The notes under the pieces: generated by a model
Told to the model about the DNA's origin: nothing
The model's database searches: none
The model's input: only the letters and a program-made list of their open reading frames with translations
Translations under genes and position numbers: made by a program
Part shown: positions 37,031-49,489 of the stretch, piece by piece
Layout: the number at the start of each line of letters is the position of its first letter
Position numbering within the stretch: position 1 is the stretch's first letter
Source: Dimorphilus gyrociliatus
Lineage: Eukaryota > Animalia > Annelida
Length of the DNA: 64,000 nt
Reading direction: 5' to 3'
NCBI GenBank assembly: GCA_904063045.1
Contig: CAJFCJ010000004.1
Coordinates: 861,713 to 925,712 of the forward strand

Positions 37031-37760
37031 TTTGCCGAAATGTCCTAATTTCTTAATTTCCCAGATGTATTAATAAAACCAACTGTTGAGCAAGCAATAA
37101 GCATAGGCCAAAGGAAATACAATCAATAAGGTGTCTTCTATAAAGTATATCAATAATTTCTCAGATGCAGTTAATCTTGTCAAGAAGGTTAAGAGGATTT
37201 ATTATTATCCCTTGGGAGATTCTGATAATAAATGAATTATTAAGTTAAGTATATAACTCCAAACACATACTGAACGTATATAGTCTAGCAAATATGTATA
37301 GCGGCGAATAATCACTTTCTAGCATATACACCCGCATTTAAGACGACGACCCTTCAATATCTAAAGCAGCAAGAACAAGAAAGTTCTTAAGCCTATAAAA
37401 ACAACAAAATCACTCTACAGGTATAAAAGCATATATAACATAAAAAGTTTGACACATAATTCAGAATAATAAATATAGCAAATTTATGCTCAGTTTCCTT
37501 TTACTATGTTTGTTTTATAAATAATACCTTCTTTAAAGCGTATGCACGTTGATTGCTTGCTCCAATGTTAGTTTATTTTCCCGTAGAAGTAGTGTTGATA
37601 TTTATATCAATTGATCAATTGCATTCCAGATGTTTGCTAATTAGTCTTTCTTTAATAATTCAATTTTAATTCAATTTTTGCCTTATTAATGAGCGAATTG
37701 TTGACTCTTTAGATGTATTTATAGTTTATACACTTTTTCCTTTTGTTAATGTTCTTTTCA
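37031..37760 (-). mobile_element. Possible heavily decayed Ty3/Gypsy-type gag remnant
   Basis: Frameshifted, stop-ridden fragments lie in the order expected for Gypsy gag: IKERLI (37656-37639), LLLRENKLTLEQAIN (37592-37548), RRHLIDCISFGLC (37139-37101), KKLGHFGK (37054-37031). No LTRs, pol or TSD seen. Confidence 0.33.
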
Positions 37761-38082
37761 TTTCATTATTCTTTTCTTTAAAGCTTTTTCGATTAAACGA
37801 TACTTTCAAGATGATATGTTACAGCTGTTTATCGTATCTACGTATTATTGTACTTTTGCTTCTCTTTCCACAGTTAACATTCCTTATACTTGTGCGATTT
37901 GTACAATTTTCAAATATTTTATGCAAATTATATTAAGATATTGACAATTTATATCATTATATACAATTTATATTGATTAAACCATATTAATTTCCTAAAT
38001 TTATTACGCAACATCTGTATTTCAATCACGAACGCAATAATATTTCAACAAGGTTGTATTGTTATAATTTTTCTCTTTTACT

Positions 38083-38142
38083 TTCTCTCACTCTCACTCT
38101 CACTCACTCTCTCTCTCTCTCTCTCTTTCTCTCTTTCTCTCT
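38083..38142. repeat. Compound (CTCTCA)/(CT)n repeat
   Basis: Seen directly. Confidence 0.85.
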
Positions 38143-38676
38143 ATTCCTCTCTTTATTATATTATTTATGTAATAGTTTTAATTCATTTAAAAAAAATACT
38201 GTAATCTATAAACTACTATTATATTCTATATAATAAATTATATATATTCTCTATATATATCAAACTATTCATCAATTAGTATAAAGTTTCTATAAATAAC
38301 TCGTAAATTATGATATTTACTTATTTTTGGTTTCTTCTCTTTCCAGTTTCTTTAAAGTTCATTTACAATGTTGTTTTTTTTTAATTAAAAATTGAGTATT
38401 AGCTTTCTTAATTAGAGACGGGAATATAAAGAGAAAGCAATTAATTCGTTTTTTATAGTATATTCAAGCCTTGAATAAAAATTTTATAGGTGAATATTTG
38501 ACTAAATTCTTAAAGTTTAATTGGTAAATAGATTATTGAATGGAGAAAATCGCTAATCCTTAAAAAAATCCGACATGTTTTTTATTACTTTTTTTTTTAA
38601 TTCCTCTTCTTTCTCCTCTAGCGGAATCATTTGGGAATGCCTTAAATAACTTTGGAAATATCAATAAGTTCCGTTG

Positions 38677-38946
38677 ATGTTTAGGGCGAGAAATGAAAAA
38701 GGAGAAAAATTTGAGGAATATCAGAAAGAAGATAAATCATGCAATTTTCCGTACGATTTGACCTTTCCAATGACCTTTGAGATAGATAAGGGTGTGGCAC
38801 GACAAACACGCTCTATATCAAATCTATGGTTTATAATTGCAACACTCGTAGTACTTGTACTAGAGAGATGCAATAGTACTATCTGTTATATCTCCCCTTT
38901 GCTGTTTTTTCTTTCTATCATTCTTATTATAAAAGATTCATATTGA
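38677..38946 (+). CDS. Possible small ORF (~89 aa) with hydrophobic C-terminal half; unassigned
   Basis: ATG at 38677, stop at 38946. Charged N-terminus followed by two hydrophobic stretches. A strong acceptor-like tract ends at 38621. No family recognised; may be chance. Confidence 0.25.
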   Translation: MFRARNEKGEKFEEYQKEDKSCNFPYDLTFPMTFEIDKGVARQTRSISNLWFIIATLVVLVLERCNSTICYISPLLFFLSIILIIKDSY

Positions 38947-41270
38947 TTGTCAACGGAGAGACGTATAGACTTTGCTGAAAGACTTCGTACAGTTTCAAAT
39001 GTCAAAAGCAAAAAAAAAAGAAAATTTTTTTTTTATGAATTAGGCTAAAAGGAGAAATATAAAAAAAAGATTGAAAAGAAAATAAGCTTTTCAATAAAAA
39101 GAAAAGAAAATAAAATAATTTTTTTGGTTTTTTTTTTTTAATAAAAAAAATTTTTTTTGAAATGTTGACAAAAAATTTTCAATCAATTAATTATTGACTT
39201 TTTTCAAAATGGTCCTAACAATAGTCAATGTTTTAAGAGTCGTTAAGTATTGACGAGGTGAGATTGACTATTCTTAAACGCATTATGACTATTTAAAGAA
39301 GCGTAAGCGAATCGAATATTTACTATTGTTTGCTGTAGTAATTTGACTGTTTGATACCTTTGATCTTGATTGAATTTTGTGATGTTTTGACCAGGAAATT
39401 ATTAATAATAATCAATTATTATGGTTATAAATTAGCTTATTAGCACTAACTAAGATATAAAGTTTTATATAGAAAATTAGTTTAAAATCTATAATTTCTT
39501 GCAGTTTTCACGTTTAAACTGCAAGTATAACAAAACTAAAAAAGAAAACAGAAAGCAGATGTTCTAGTGAAAGAAGTTATCCGGTTTATTCAACCGTAGT
39601 TTGACATCTACAAAATGAACTTTCTTCCGCAATATTGTTTATTTTTTTCGTATTTTTTTTCACTAATTGGCGAACTAATCTTTTTCAAATTAATCTAGTA
39701 AAGAAACAAGACGAATAGGCTTATTTACTGCAAACCTGTACGACGAATAAACGACATTTAAAAAGCTGATAATGAAAAGACAAACGTTTAAATTGTTACT
39801 AATGAACCAATTGTTTGTCAGGTCACGTTTTCAATTAAATAAAATAAAAGATTGAAGGTGTTACCAGAATTTTAATACAATTTTGAAACGATAGTTTTTT
39901 TTTTATACAAACAAAAAAAAACTTAAGGTTGAAGAAAAGAGATAAAAATATTAAATTGATTTCATATCAAAAACATTTACAAAGGTCGATACGAAATTGT
40001 TTGTAGACCAATCAACGCTGTTACAAACTTTGTTTGCATGACTGCAATTTTGCAGTATATTGTAAGTAGTTTGATTGGCAGGTGGAAGTTGATCAACAGT
40101 ACTCTATTAAAATATTTGAAATCTACCGAAGAAGAAACAGTTTTACATAAAAGTCTTGTAGTAATTTCTTTTTAAGTTTGTTCTCTCTTGCAGTGAAATT
40201 ACCTTAAGCTTTTCTAAGCCAAGTATATAACCATAAATAGCGGGAAATTTTCATCAAAGATAAGTAGATGCTCTACCGCTTTTTATGTAATAAAATTAAA
40301 AATAAAAACAGCAATAAACAAATAAAAAAAATCAAGTAGAGTAGCATCAGTAAACAATCATGAATAAATCATAAATAAACACGATCAGACGTTGATCGTG
40401 ACCGCATAACAGGGTTCGTGTCACTTCACTGCATAATTTCATGCATGAATAATAATTTTATATGCAGACATAAGAGAATAAAGTTCGCCCTACGAATCTA
40501 TTTATCGTTTACACGTTCCGCAATTTTATTATTATTTCCGTTCTCTTCCTTTTCTTTTTTTCCACGCTCTACACAATTACTTTTTACTTTTTCTTTATCT
40601 CATTTTTATAATATCGATAGAGGAGATAGCGCATTACCATTATTACTATTATTGACGTTATTTTACCCGTTCAAGACTTAATACTTTTATTAAGTTTCTG
40701 CTATGTATCAAAAGGAGTACTTGAGCTGAGTTTAAATGGCTAAATAGGTAAAAGGGACAGTACTGAATTTGCATAAACAAAAGAAAGTTACTAATGGAGT
40801 AATTTCACTAAAGATAATGTCATTATTCACAATGAGACGAAATAATGCATTCTCTTCAATTTAGATTATTCCCTACTTAATGTTTATCTTTATTTAGAAG
40901 ATGCAAGAAAGAAAGAATATCATTGTCAGAGAAACTATACAATTCTATTCCTAGAAAGATAAGGGACCCTTTTTCTTTTAGGTTTATTAATAACGTTTAA
41001 AATTAAATGAAGTATAGTTAATTAAACGAGATGATTGGATAAGGATTTTTGATAGAAACTGGTTGGATAAAAGAGTAACTAACTATTTACTATAATAAAT
41101 ATTCATATACACCGAACGCCAAACTAGCACCGACAACCTAATCCATTTCAAATAAGCGTCAATTTACAAAGCAATACTTCTACCAGATTTCTACAGGCAA
41201 ATACACTTTTCTTTACTAGTTTGTCACTGTTTGCCCGAACTAAATACAAGCCAAATCTGCATATATTTAC

Positions 41271-41702
41271 CTCTCATTCTCAGTATTACCAGAACAAGAC
41301 CTCTTCCATTCATCCCCGTATTGATTATACCATGCAATTGTACCTCCGACCTTCTCTTTTATACATTTTTTCTTCTTTAATCTAAAGCTAGGTTTAAACT
41401 TTTCCTGCAGAGTGTTTTTTGTATTTTCATTTTGAATGGCTATTCCTGCCGCCTCTTCTAGTTTTCTTACTCCATTCTGAACGCGATTTTTAAAATTTTC
41501 TATTTCAGCCACTTTTTCCATCTTCTTCTTATAAATACAAACCGGTTTGAGCAGCGATGACAAACTAATGCTCTTCAACATGGACCGATCACGTGATCCT
41601 GCCGCCGTGGTTGGTTTGTACGAACTGGCGCCGCTCTCTTCGCCTTCGGAATGATAAACTGTTCTAAATCGAGATAAAATAGTGGCGCTTTGAAATTTTC
41701 TC
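41271..41702 (-). CDS. Orphan 432-nt coding-type exon, probably an alternative N-terminal exon of the Kelch-like gene
   Basis: Acceptor ttatttag| at 41703 and donor AG|GTAAAT at 41270. Open for 144 codons, phase 2 to 2, and in frame with the Kelch acceptor at 36071. GC-richer than its flanks. The upstream exon was not located; an internal in-frame ATG lies at 41581. Confidence 0.55.
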
Positions 41703-42481
41703 CTAAATAACAAAAAAGAAACCTAAATAAATGAATGTTAATAAAATAATCTATAATTAAATAGTTAAATATCTATTGTAAAAGAAAAATTTATGATTCT
41801 CTTCCCCTATCCGAAAAAGAATATAAAAAAAGACTCCTTTTGATTGTGTTTTATTGGATTTATGGAAGAAGAGTTTTTCTCTCTACTGACGGTTATAAAG
41901 TTTGATGGTTAAATGCAATGTGAAGATAGGCTTAAGATTTTCTCGAAGATTTGCTTTCAAAAAAAATTTATACTGGAAACATAATGTATAAAGAAAAAAT
42001 AAAACAGCAGACTTTTTTTTTAAAAAAACAAAAAGAAAAGAAATTATTAAATCGTCCAAGTTTTTTTTGTATCCTCATTTGAGGTGTATTAAAAAAAAAG
42101 GGGGGGAGGGAGATAAGAATGGAAATAAAGTCTTTTTTATTATGTACTCTTATTTAAGGGAAATTTCAGCTTTTCAACAAAAATTTCCATTACTAAGAGG
42201 CAATCTAAACTCTTCTACTGACAGCTATCGGAGAAAAAGATAAGTTCAAAACTTTTTTAAGACTCATTTGTGAAAAGATTGATCTAGTTATCCTCTTTAG
42301 AGAAAGAAAAAATTTCCATACGACCGTGTTTTTAAGGTTCATTCTTTGTTGCGTTGCCTAGTTCCTAGTTATCTTTTATGAAGAAAAATACAAGTTTTAT
42401 ATTCAATGAAACACGAGTATTAAACAATAATTAACATTTTTAAATTAGTTTTAATTGAACGGATAACTAATATATTATAGT

Positions 42482-42495
42482 TCAGTAGATGGCAG
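42482..42495 (+). promoter_or_regulatory. CTCF-like motif
   Basis: TCAGTAGATGGCAG matches the CTCF core at 13/14 positions. It lies about 1.4 kb upstream of the receptor ATG. Confidence 0.45.
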
Positions 42496-43934
42496 CATCT
42501 ATCAACTCTTTTCGATCAGGGGATAATTTATATACATGGAAGATCATTTGTTAGATAAGGAAGAGATAAAATAGTTTCATTTCCCTATTGACTTAAAGTA
42601 ATATAATAAACCTAGATCATTAAAACTTTCAACTTTGTCCGTCAATTACTAAAAATCCGATTTTTTACAAGCCAACAATAACAATTACTTAGGCTACAAA
42701 TAAAAATATTCTTAGATTCATCTCTTTGCAGATATTTAATAATATATTCATATTCTTCTTATCATTTAGCAGAAACATTTTATTTACGACGCTTTTATCT
42801 TATATTATTCTGCAGCTCCATCTGTTACATGAAGTGGAATTTATGACCAAAATAATCCTTCACTACCAAGAAATCCCCTCCTGAATTAGGCAGTGTTAAT
42901 TTCTAGCTATTTTTAGAGATTCATTTATCTTAAACTTAAGGTATAGTAGTATTCTAATTATTTATTTAAATGTAAATCTCTAAATAATTGTATTTTTTTT
43001 ACATATTCTGTCTTCTTCTCCTCCTCCTCCTCCTCCTCCAACTCTCCCTCCTCCTTTTTCTTTTTCATTATAAGTTAAATTTAGTTCAATGTCATGTAAA
43101 TTAATCAATTTTTTTATGAGGCCATAGTTGAGTATGGCTGAATATCCATTGGCAAAAAGATTTCAGTATAGTTTATATACCAAAAAGCAGAAGCATAAGT
43201 ACGGATTATTCATTCTAAACTATATCTCATTAGTAGTAAGCGCCCCCCTCCCTTAGTTGAAGCTTAAGTCTTTTTTTCCTACAAAAAATAACCCTTACTA
43301 GAGAGAGAAAGATAGAACATGTGTGTATGTTGAAAGAGAGGGTGAGGTTTTGAATGAGAAAGAATAGAGAAAGAAAAGAGAAATATATTTCTTCAACAAT
43401 TGATAGTTTTGAAAGAATTTTCTCAATTTACATTCTATTTTTTGTTGTCAATTTCATTACTTTTATCATTTATGCAAGTAAACTTGTTTTAAAGAAACCA
43501 TAAATTATATAGAATAGAATACAATATATATATTGGCATTACCATAATGGTCAACTTGTAATAAATAACATTATTATTTAGTTTATATTAATATTTACTA
43601 AATTAATACAAAATACAAATTGATTCTTTGTTATTGTCATTCAAATGTATACAACGTATGAGAAATGCTTGTGTACTATTAGCAATTTTATAGTATATAC
43701 AATATAAATTTATTCATTCTTCTATTTTTAGTTAGAAAACCTTTTACAAATGATTTTCTGTAATTAATCTATTTTTATCATTTATTCATTATATAAATAT
43801 TTATTAAAATAATTTACACTCAATATATATAAAGGAAGGAAATTACCTGAAATAGTTTTATATGGCCTGCTGGACAAATTGCTTTTATTTAACTACTTTT
43901 AATATATTTGCTATTAAGAATTCAGTTTTATCTT

Positions 43935-46073
43935 ATGAAAGCTCTACTATTCGTTTTCTATAATTTTTTACTGTACCACTGTAGCTTTGAAGGTAAAATT
44001 GTAAAAGTTTATTAAAATATTTAATGCATTAATGCAGAAAATTATATTTCTTAGATGAGAATTGTTTACAGCCGGCTTTCAAATTTTATCAAAGTTTAGC
44101 AACTGTCTTGAATGCTAGTCTGGCTAAAAGAATTCTATTATTTAATGAAGATAACTTTGAAATAAATGAATTTATTGACGAATTATCTAAAAATGGACAA
44201 ACTGTTGAGAAGTATACATGGAATTCTGAACCTTATGTAAATTTAGACCATTATATTCATTATTATTCTGGCAATCTTAACGATACAAAAAAAGCACTGG
44301 AAAGGGTAAATAATATATTATATTTTATATCAAATAAATTAGGATTATAGATAATTCTAATTTAATTCAGATTAAGGATTATAAGATTATAGGACCTTTG
44401 TATAAATGGATATTCTATGTTAATAATTCAGACTATGCCAATGTTTATCAAATGTTTAAAAAGTCCTTAAATCCTGGAGATAATGTTTTATGGCTTTTTC
44501 ACTCTGGTAATAAGATTTTAATTAAACAATGGAAAAATATATACTTTAGCCAAATTGGATATTGTACGAATAGAGAAGTAAGATAAGTTTCCCTCTTAAA
44601 CATATGATAAGTCTCTTTCGTTATAAACAAATAAACAAACAAATAAAAGATATATTTGACAAGTTCGCTATTTCTACCATTTACGGGTTTTTATGGAAAA
44701 GAATTTACTGTTGCCCTTATGGAGGTTAATTAATTAATTAATATTTTTGTTTGAATAATAATATTTTAAAATTTAGTTTGAATATTTTCAAGTACGAAAA
44801 GAATTTGGTGGCAGGGTATTGTATTTTGGTATTTTCATTGATATACTTACTCTATTAGCGGAGCGTTTAAAGTTTAAATTTAAAATTATTGAACCTAAAG
44901 GACCAAATAATAATATGTCAATTGATGATATGATGCAATATATAAGCCAAAGAGTTAGTATACTTTTTAAAAAAATTTGAACTTTAAACCACTTATTCTA
45001 ATCCTTAGAAAGCTGATCTTTCTATTGGACCATATAGAGTATCAGATGATGGAATGAAAATTGTTGATTTTCTTACAACGTTTCACCTAGAAAGTTCCGG
45101 TTTACTTTTAAGAAAGCCTAATGCCTTTCAATCCTTCTACTTAACCAAACCATTTAAACAAGAAGTTTGGTTTTGTTTCGTCTGTTTCATAGTCTTTTCA
45201 GCTTTAGTCCTATTCCTATTTTCGCGTATAGAATGTCAGGGGAATATAAAGTTTAATTCTATTTTTAATATTCAGGCATTTAATACGTTTAGATTTTATC
45301 TATGGTACACTGTTGGAGCTTCATTAAATCAAGGAGGCAAAATACTTCACGATAATAAACCTTGGGTTAAAATAGTTATTTCCTTTATGTGGCTTTCAAT
45401 TGTAATACTTTTAGCTGTATTTTTTGGTAATTTAATGGCTTTTCTAGGGGTGAAAAATTTTAAATTACCCATAAATTCTTTAGAAGATGCTTTAAACAAT
45501 GAAAATTTTGAACTAGTAACATTTGAAACTAGTGACTATACATTATTATTTAGAACATCAAAATTAAGCCTGTTTAAGAGAGTTTGGGAAAAACTAACAA
45601 AGAATAGAAAAAAGTATATACTGCCTAGTATTAGAACATCAATAAGTAGTTTAGAAGAAGGTAAAAATGCTTTAATGAATGATAGAAGCGTATTAACTTT
45701 TATGGAAAATGTCGATTGTTCTCTAACAACAACTCCAAAAAAGAATGATTTCGCATATTTCCCAACATCTTTTATGGTCCCAAAAAATTCACCATATCAA
45801 CGAGTCTTGGGAAGTTCTTTACTTGAAGTTTGCCTAGATTTCGGATTTAAAATTGCCATCTTTAAAAACTATAATATAGTACCGAAACCTACGAAATGTG
45901 ATGTAACAAAGTCTCTCTCATCAATAAGCTTAGACATGATTCGACCGGCAATATATCTATATGTGAGCGGTGTTGCGCTATCAATTGGTATCTTTTTAGC
46001 AGAGAGATTAGTACAGTTTTTGAAGACGGAGAGAAAGAATAGTGTATATCCTTCATCAGTAGAGGGAAATTGA
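43935..46073 (+). CDS. Divergent ionotropic receptor (variant iGluR, candidate chemoreceptor), ~610 aa, 6 exons
   Basis: Exons 43935-43992 (signal peptide), 44055-44305, 44371-44577, 44650-44724, 44777-44953, 45009-46073 (1833 nt); introns 52-72 nt. Segments: S1 ADLSIGPY...IVDF...LLLRKP, M1 PFKQEVWFCF, pore WYTVGASLNQG, M3 AVFFGNLMAFL, LPINSLEDAL, M4. Short N-terminal region. The acceptor at 44649 is the least certain. Confidence 0.88.
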
Positions 46074-46312
46074 ATTATATCAATTGCTAAATTAATTATT
46101 AACTTAATGTTGTAACTCTGAGTCATAGAACTATTGATATATTTGCTTGTTCCTTTTCTTTCTCATTCACTAATTGGTTTCTGTTTGTATAAATTACTGT
46201 GTTACTTTATGTTACACAACTGCTATTTGGAAAAATTATCATAAATAACAATATGCTCTATTTGTAGATGTGTTGGAGAAAATTTTAAAAACTAAATTAA
46301 TTAGTTTACTTA

Positions 46313-46326
46313 CCGCTAGATGGCAG
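46313..46326 (+). promoter_or_regulatory. CTCF-like motif
   Basis: CCGCTAGATGGCAG closely matches the CTCF core CCASYAGRKGGCRS. It lies 240 bp downstream of the receptor stop. Confidence 0.5.
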
Positions 46327-49139
46327 TAGACGTATCTTAGATAGACAGATATAGGGGAATCCATGTATATATTATAAAAGATATACAGTTTAAGCGTTTA
46401 TAGATACTATTTACATAAATACATATTTTTTTTGCTATCCCATCTGAATTTGAAATCAAATAGGGGAGATAAGAATATTACAGTTGAATTCTATTATGAT
46501 TAGTTTTGCAATTTCTTTCTGACTAATACAGCATTTAGTAAACTCGTTTCACGAAAGATGGCGTGATATGATGCTAGGTAAAAGGAGGAATTGCTAAAAA
46601 TTTAGCTAAAACAACTTTATTACTGAAGATTATGTACTTAAAGATAAATATACTCTATTGTTTTAAAGTTTTTACCTTCAAAGAAGGATTTTATAGGTTA
46701 TAACCTGATAGAAAATCTTTCGAGTACTGCAAAATTGACTAAGTGAAATGAAGAATAGAAAATCTGTATAATGTTTCTTCCACTTCGATTTCTTGCCTTA
46801 GTTTCCATATTTGTAAGCTTTGGAAATATTTTTTTACGCCTCACATCATAAAACTGCACCGAACCGCAAAACGTGGTTACAAAAAAGTTGTACAGTTGCA
46901 CTAAGACGGGAATACATGCGAAGATAACTAGGGCAGTCGACAATGCTAAAAATGCGTCCGATTAGAAGCGTCTCTTTTTCGTCGCCTTGTCGAGCATAAT
47001 GAACGACTCCACAGAGGCGTCGCTTCATCTGAATGTCCCAAATGCGAAGACGTCTGGCAGCCGTCGCTGGAGAGTATGCATAGTAGTACGAAATAACAGT
47101 CCTAGACTTTCTCAGACGCCCCGGAAATGAGTGGATTTGACAAGATATTAGAGCTTTGAAAATAGTCTTATATGAATTTTTTCTGCGTCATTTCACCGAA
47201 AAATTGAGCGGCTCTTTTGTTGTTTAAAGGCCTACTTAGATAAAAGTAACGCCCTTCCGATGGGAATTGATTGGTTGATATGGCGTAAACAGCGTCGTTT
47301 TAGACGCTTTTGGGTGGTAAGAGATAGTAAAGAAAAGGAGAGGATTACTGTCGAAGCTTATATTTAGAATTATTTATGGCCCTGAAATAAATAAAACAAC
47401 ATGAGTCATTTGCATTTTTAGTGATACCCTAAAACTTGTTAACATAATATAATCAAAAGAAAACATTTTTCAATAAATAAGATTTCTTATTGAAATTAAT
47501 ATCGGCCATAAGTATTGTAATAAGATTATTTACGTCAACCGTATAAATGCTTAGGCTTAAGCGAGTGACGCTTTTGGAATGCACAAGATAATGGAAGCCG
47601 GTAAGAAGAGTGCATCGATCAAGCGAAATTAATGAATATTGGTATATTCCGAAAACGACATTCTCTGAGTCATCGTAGCGTACGAGACTGTTATATGTAC
47701 TATATATAAAGATAATATAATAAGCAAATTTACAAAGAAATTATCGGAGGATGCAAATAGAAGAAAAGCGATTTATCTCATAAGGAAAAGAAACTAAATA
47801 TATATATTTATAACACGTTAATGAATAGTTTTGAAGCTTTCCAAGTAGTGGATCAATTTAGTTAATAGGCGTATCTTTCAACTCGCCTTAGAGCGTCATT
47901 GTAAATTGCGTAACCTTCATTTTGCAGTTGATTACGCAGAGAAAACGAGCTAGAATCGCTTGCATTCCTCTGAAGGTTATACAAAGATAAACGAAGAAGA
48001 GTACTAAGAGACTAATCAAGCTTATAGAAGAGAATTATTAATGAACAGAGAAAGATCATGGCACCATCAAATTATCTAATGAATCATTTCATAACAATGT
48101 TTCTGATTCATTAGAAGACGAAAAAAATATTAAATAAATTATTAATTTTTCACAAAAGGGCGCAAAGAGAAGAAAAAGAATTTTTTCTTATTAATAAAAG
48201 AGACGCTCTCGGGCAGAACAATCAAAGAAACGCCCAATTTGATACTTATATTACGTTATTCTTTTCACTATAAGGATAAGAAAGGAGGGGAAGTGGGATA
48301 AGCCAGAACCTTTTACCCATCTTAATCTACTAATATATGCTTCATTCATAACTGCTTTAAGGGACTAATAATTTCATATAACCGTTAATTGTATAATGAA
48401 ATCACCTCTACGTAACTCATCTAATTATCGCGTTCAGCTATTTTGACAGGAACGGGAAATGACTGCATGACGTCTTCTCGTTAGCCTTTGATGTGATTTT
48501 CTCCTCTTTCTCTCAGTTCTTCTCTTTGACATTTATACATGAACTATTAACGTTCTGGAAGGTTAGTTAGCGATCTTGTTGGTTGTTAAAATGCTTTACG
48601 GTATGTCTAATTGTTAAATGTTAAAATTGTCACAGTCATTATAACATCAATAGTCGTTTTCATCGGTTTAAACAAATGTACCAAACCGTAAAATTTCACT
48701 CAGCAAAAAGAAGGGAGGGGGCGGAAAGACAAAAAAATTGTCCTCATAAATAAATTCTATTCAAATAAGGAGTTTTGTTGAAATTTTAAAGCAAAATGAA
48801 TAAGAAGAGGAAGAACAAGAGGAAGAAGAAGAGAAGGTAATGGAAAAATTTTTTTAAATATAAAGTACCATATTTATAGTCAAATGCAGTTTTCGGCTTA
48901 AGCTTCTAATTCTTGTTCGGCCGATAAAAAACGAATATACGACCGCTTGTTAATGGAACATAATTCAAGCTGTGAAGGGCCGATCAATGTCGAAAAAAGC
49001 GGTAGCGTCTCTTTCTTTTATCACATGAATATAGTCAACGAAACCTATATTTTGATCTTATAACATAGCAATAGTTAAAATTGACATGCCAGGTGTTTAT
49101 GGGTGAGATATTACTGTTTTGCAGTTGTTACTTGTCACG

Positions 49140-49200
49140 CACGTCAATTAAACTAGATCACGTGACCTAAAAATTTCCCCACTTGATCGCGCATGCGCAA
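49140..49200 (+). promoter_or_regulatory. Promoter with E-box and NRF1-type palindrome
   Basis: TCACGTGA at 49158-49165 and GCGCATGCGC at 49189-49198, CpG-rich, about 300 bp upstream of the signal-peptide exon at 49490. Confidence 0.6.
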
Positions 49201-49489
49201 ACGATATCGAGGAACGGCAGTCGATCGCCAGCTGCCCGTTGGTGAGGTACTGAGAAAAACTGAAGTAGAAAAAAACAGTCTATAGAAGAAGAAGAAGAAG
49301 AAGAGAAAAAGCCACCAGATCTACATAAGAGAAAACTAGTTCTTCACATAGTTACTTTTATGAAAAGGATTTTTTTTTCAACTATTGAACTATTGAATAA
49401 TTGAATAAAAGGGAAATTTTTACATCGAACTCTGTTTAAGGAGACTTTTTTCATCTATTTGCTCTTGATGTAATAAGGAGAGAAACGTT

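Noticed and set aside
40380-40400. Inverted repeat CACGATCA-gacgt-TGATCGTG
   Set aside because: A single 8-bp stem with no nearby gene start or second copy.
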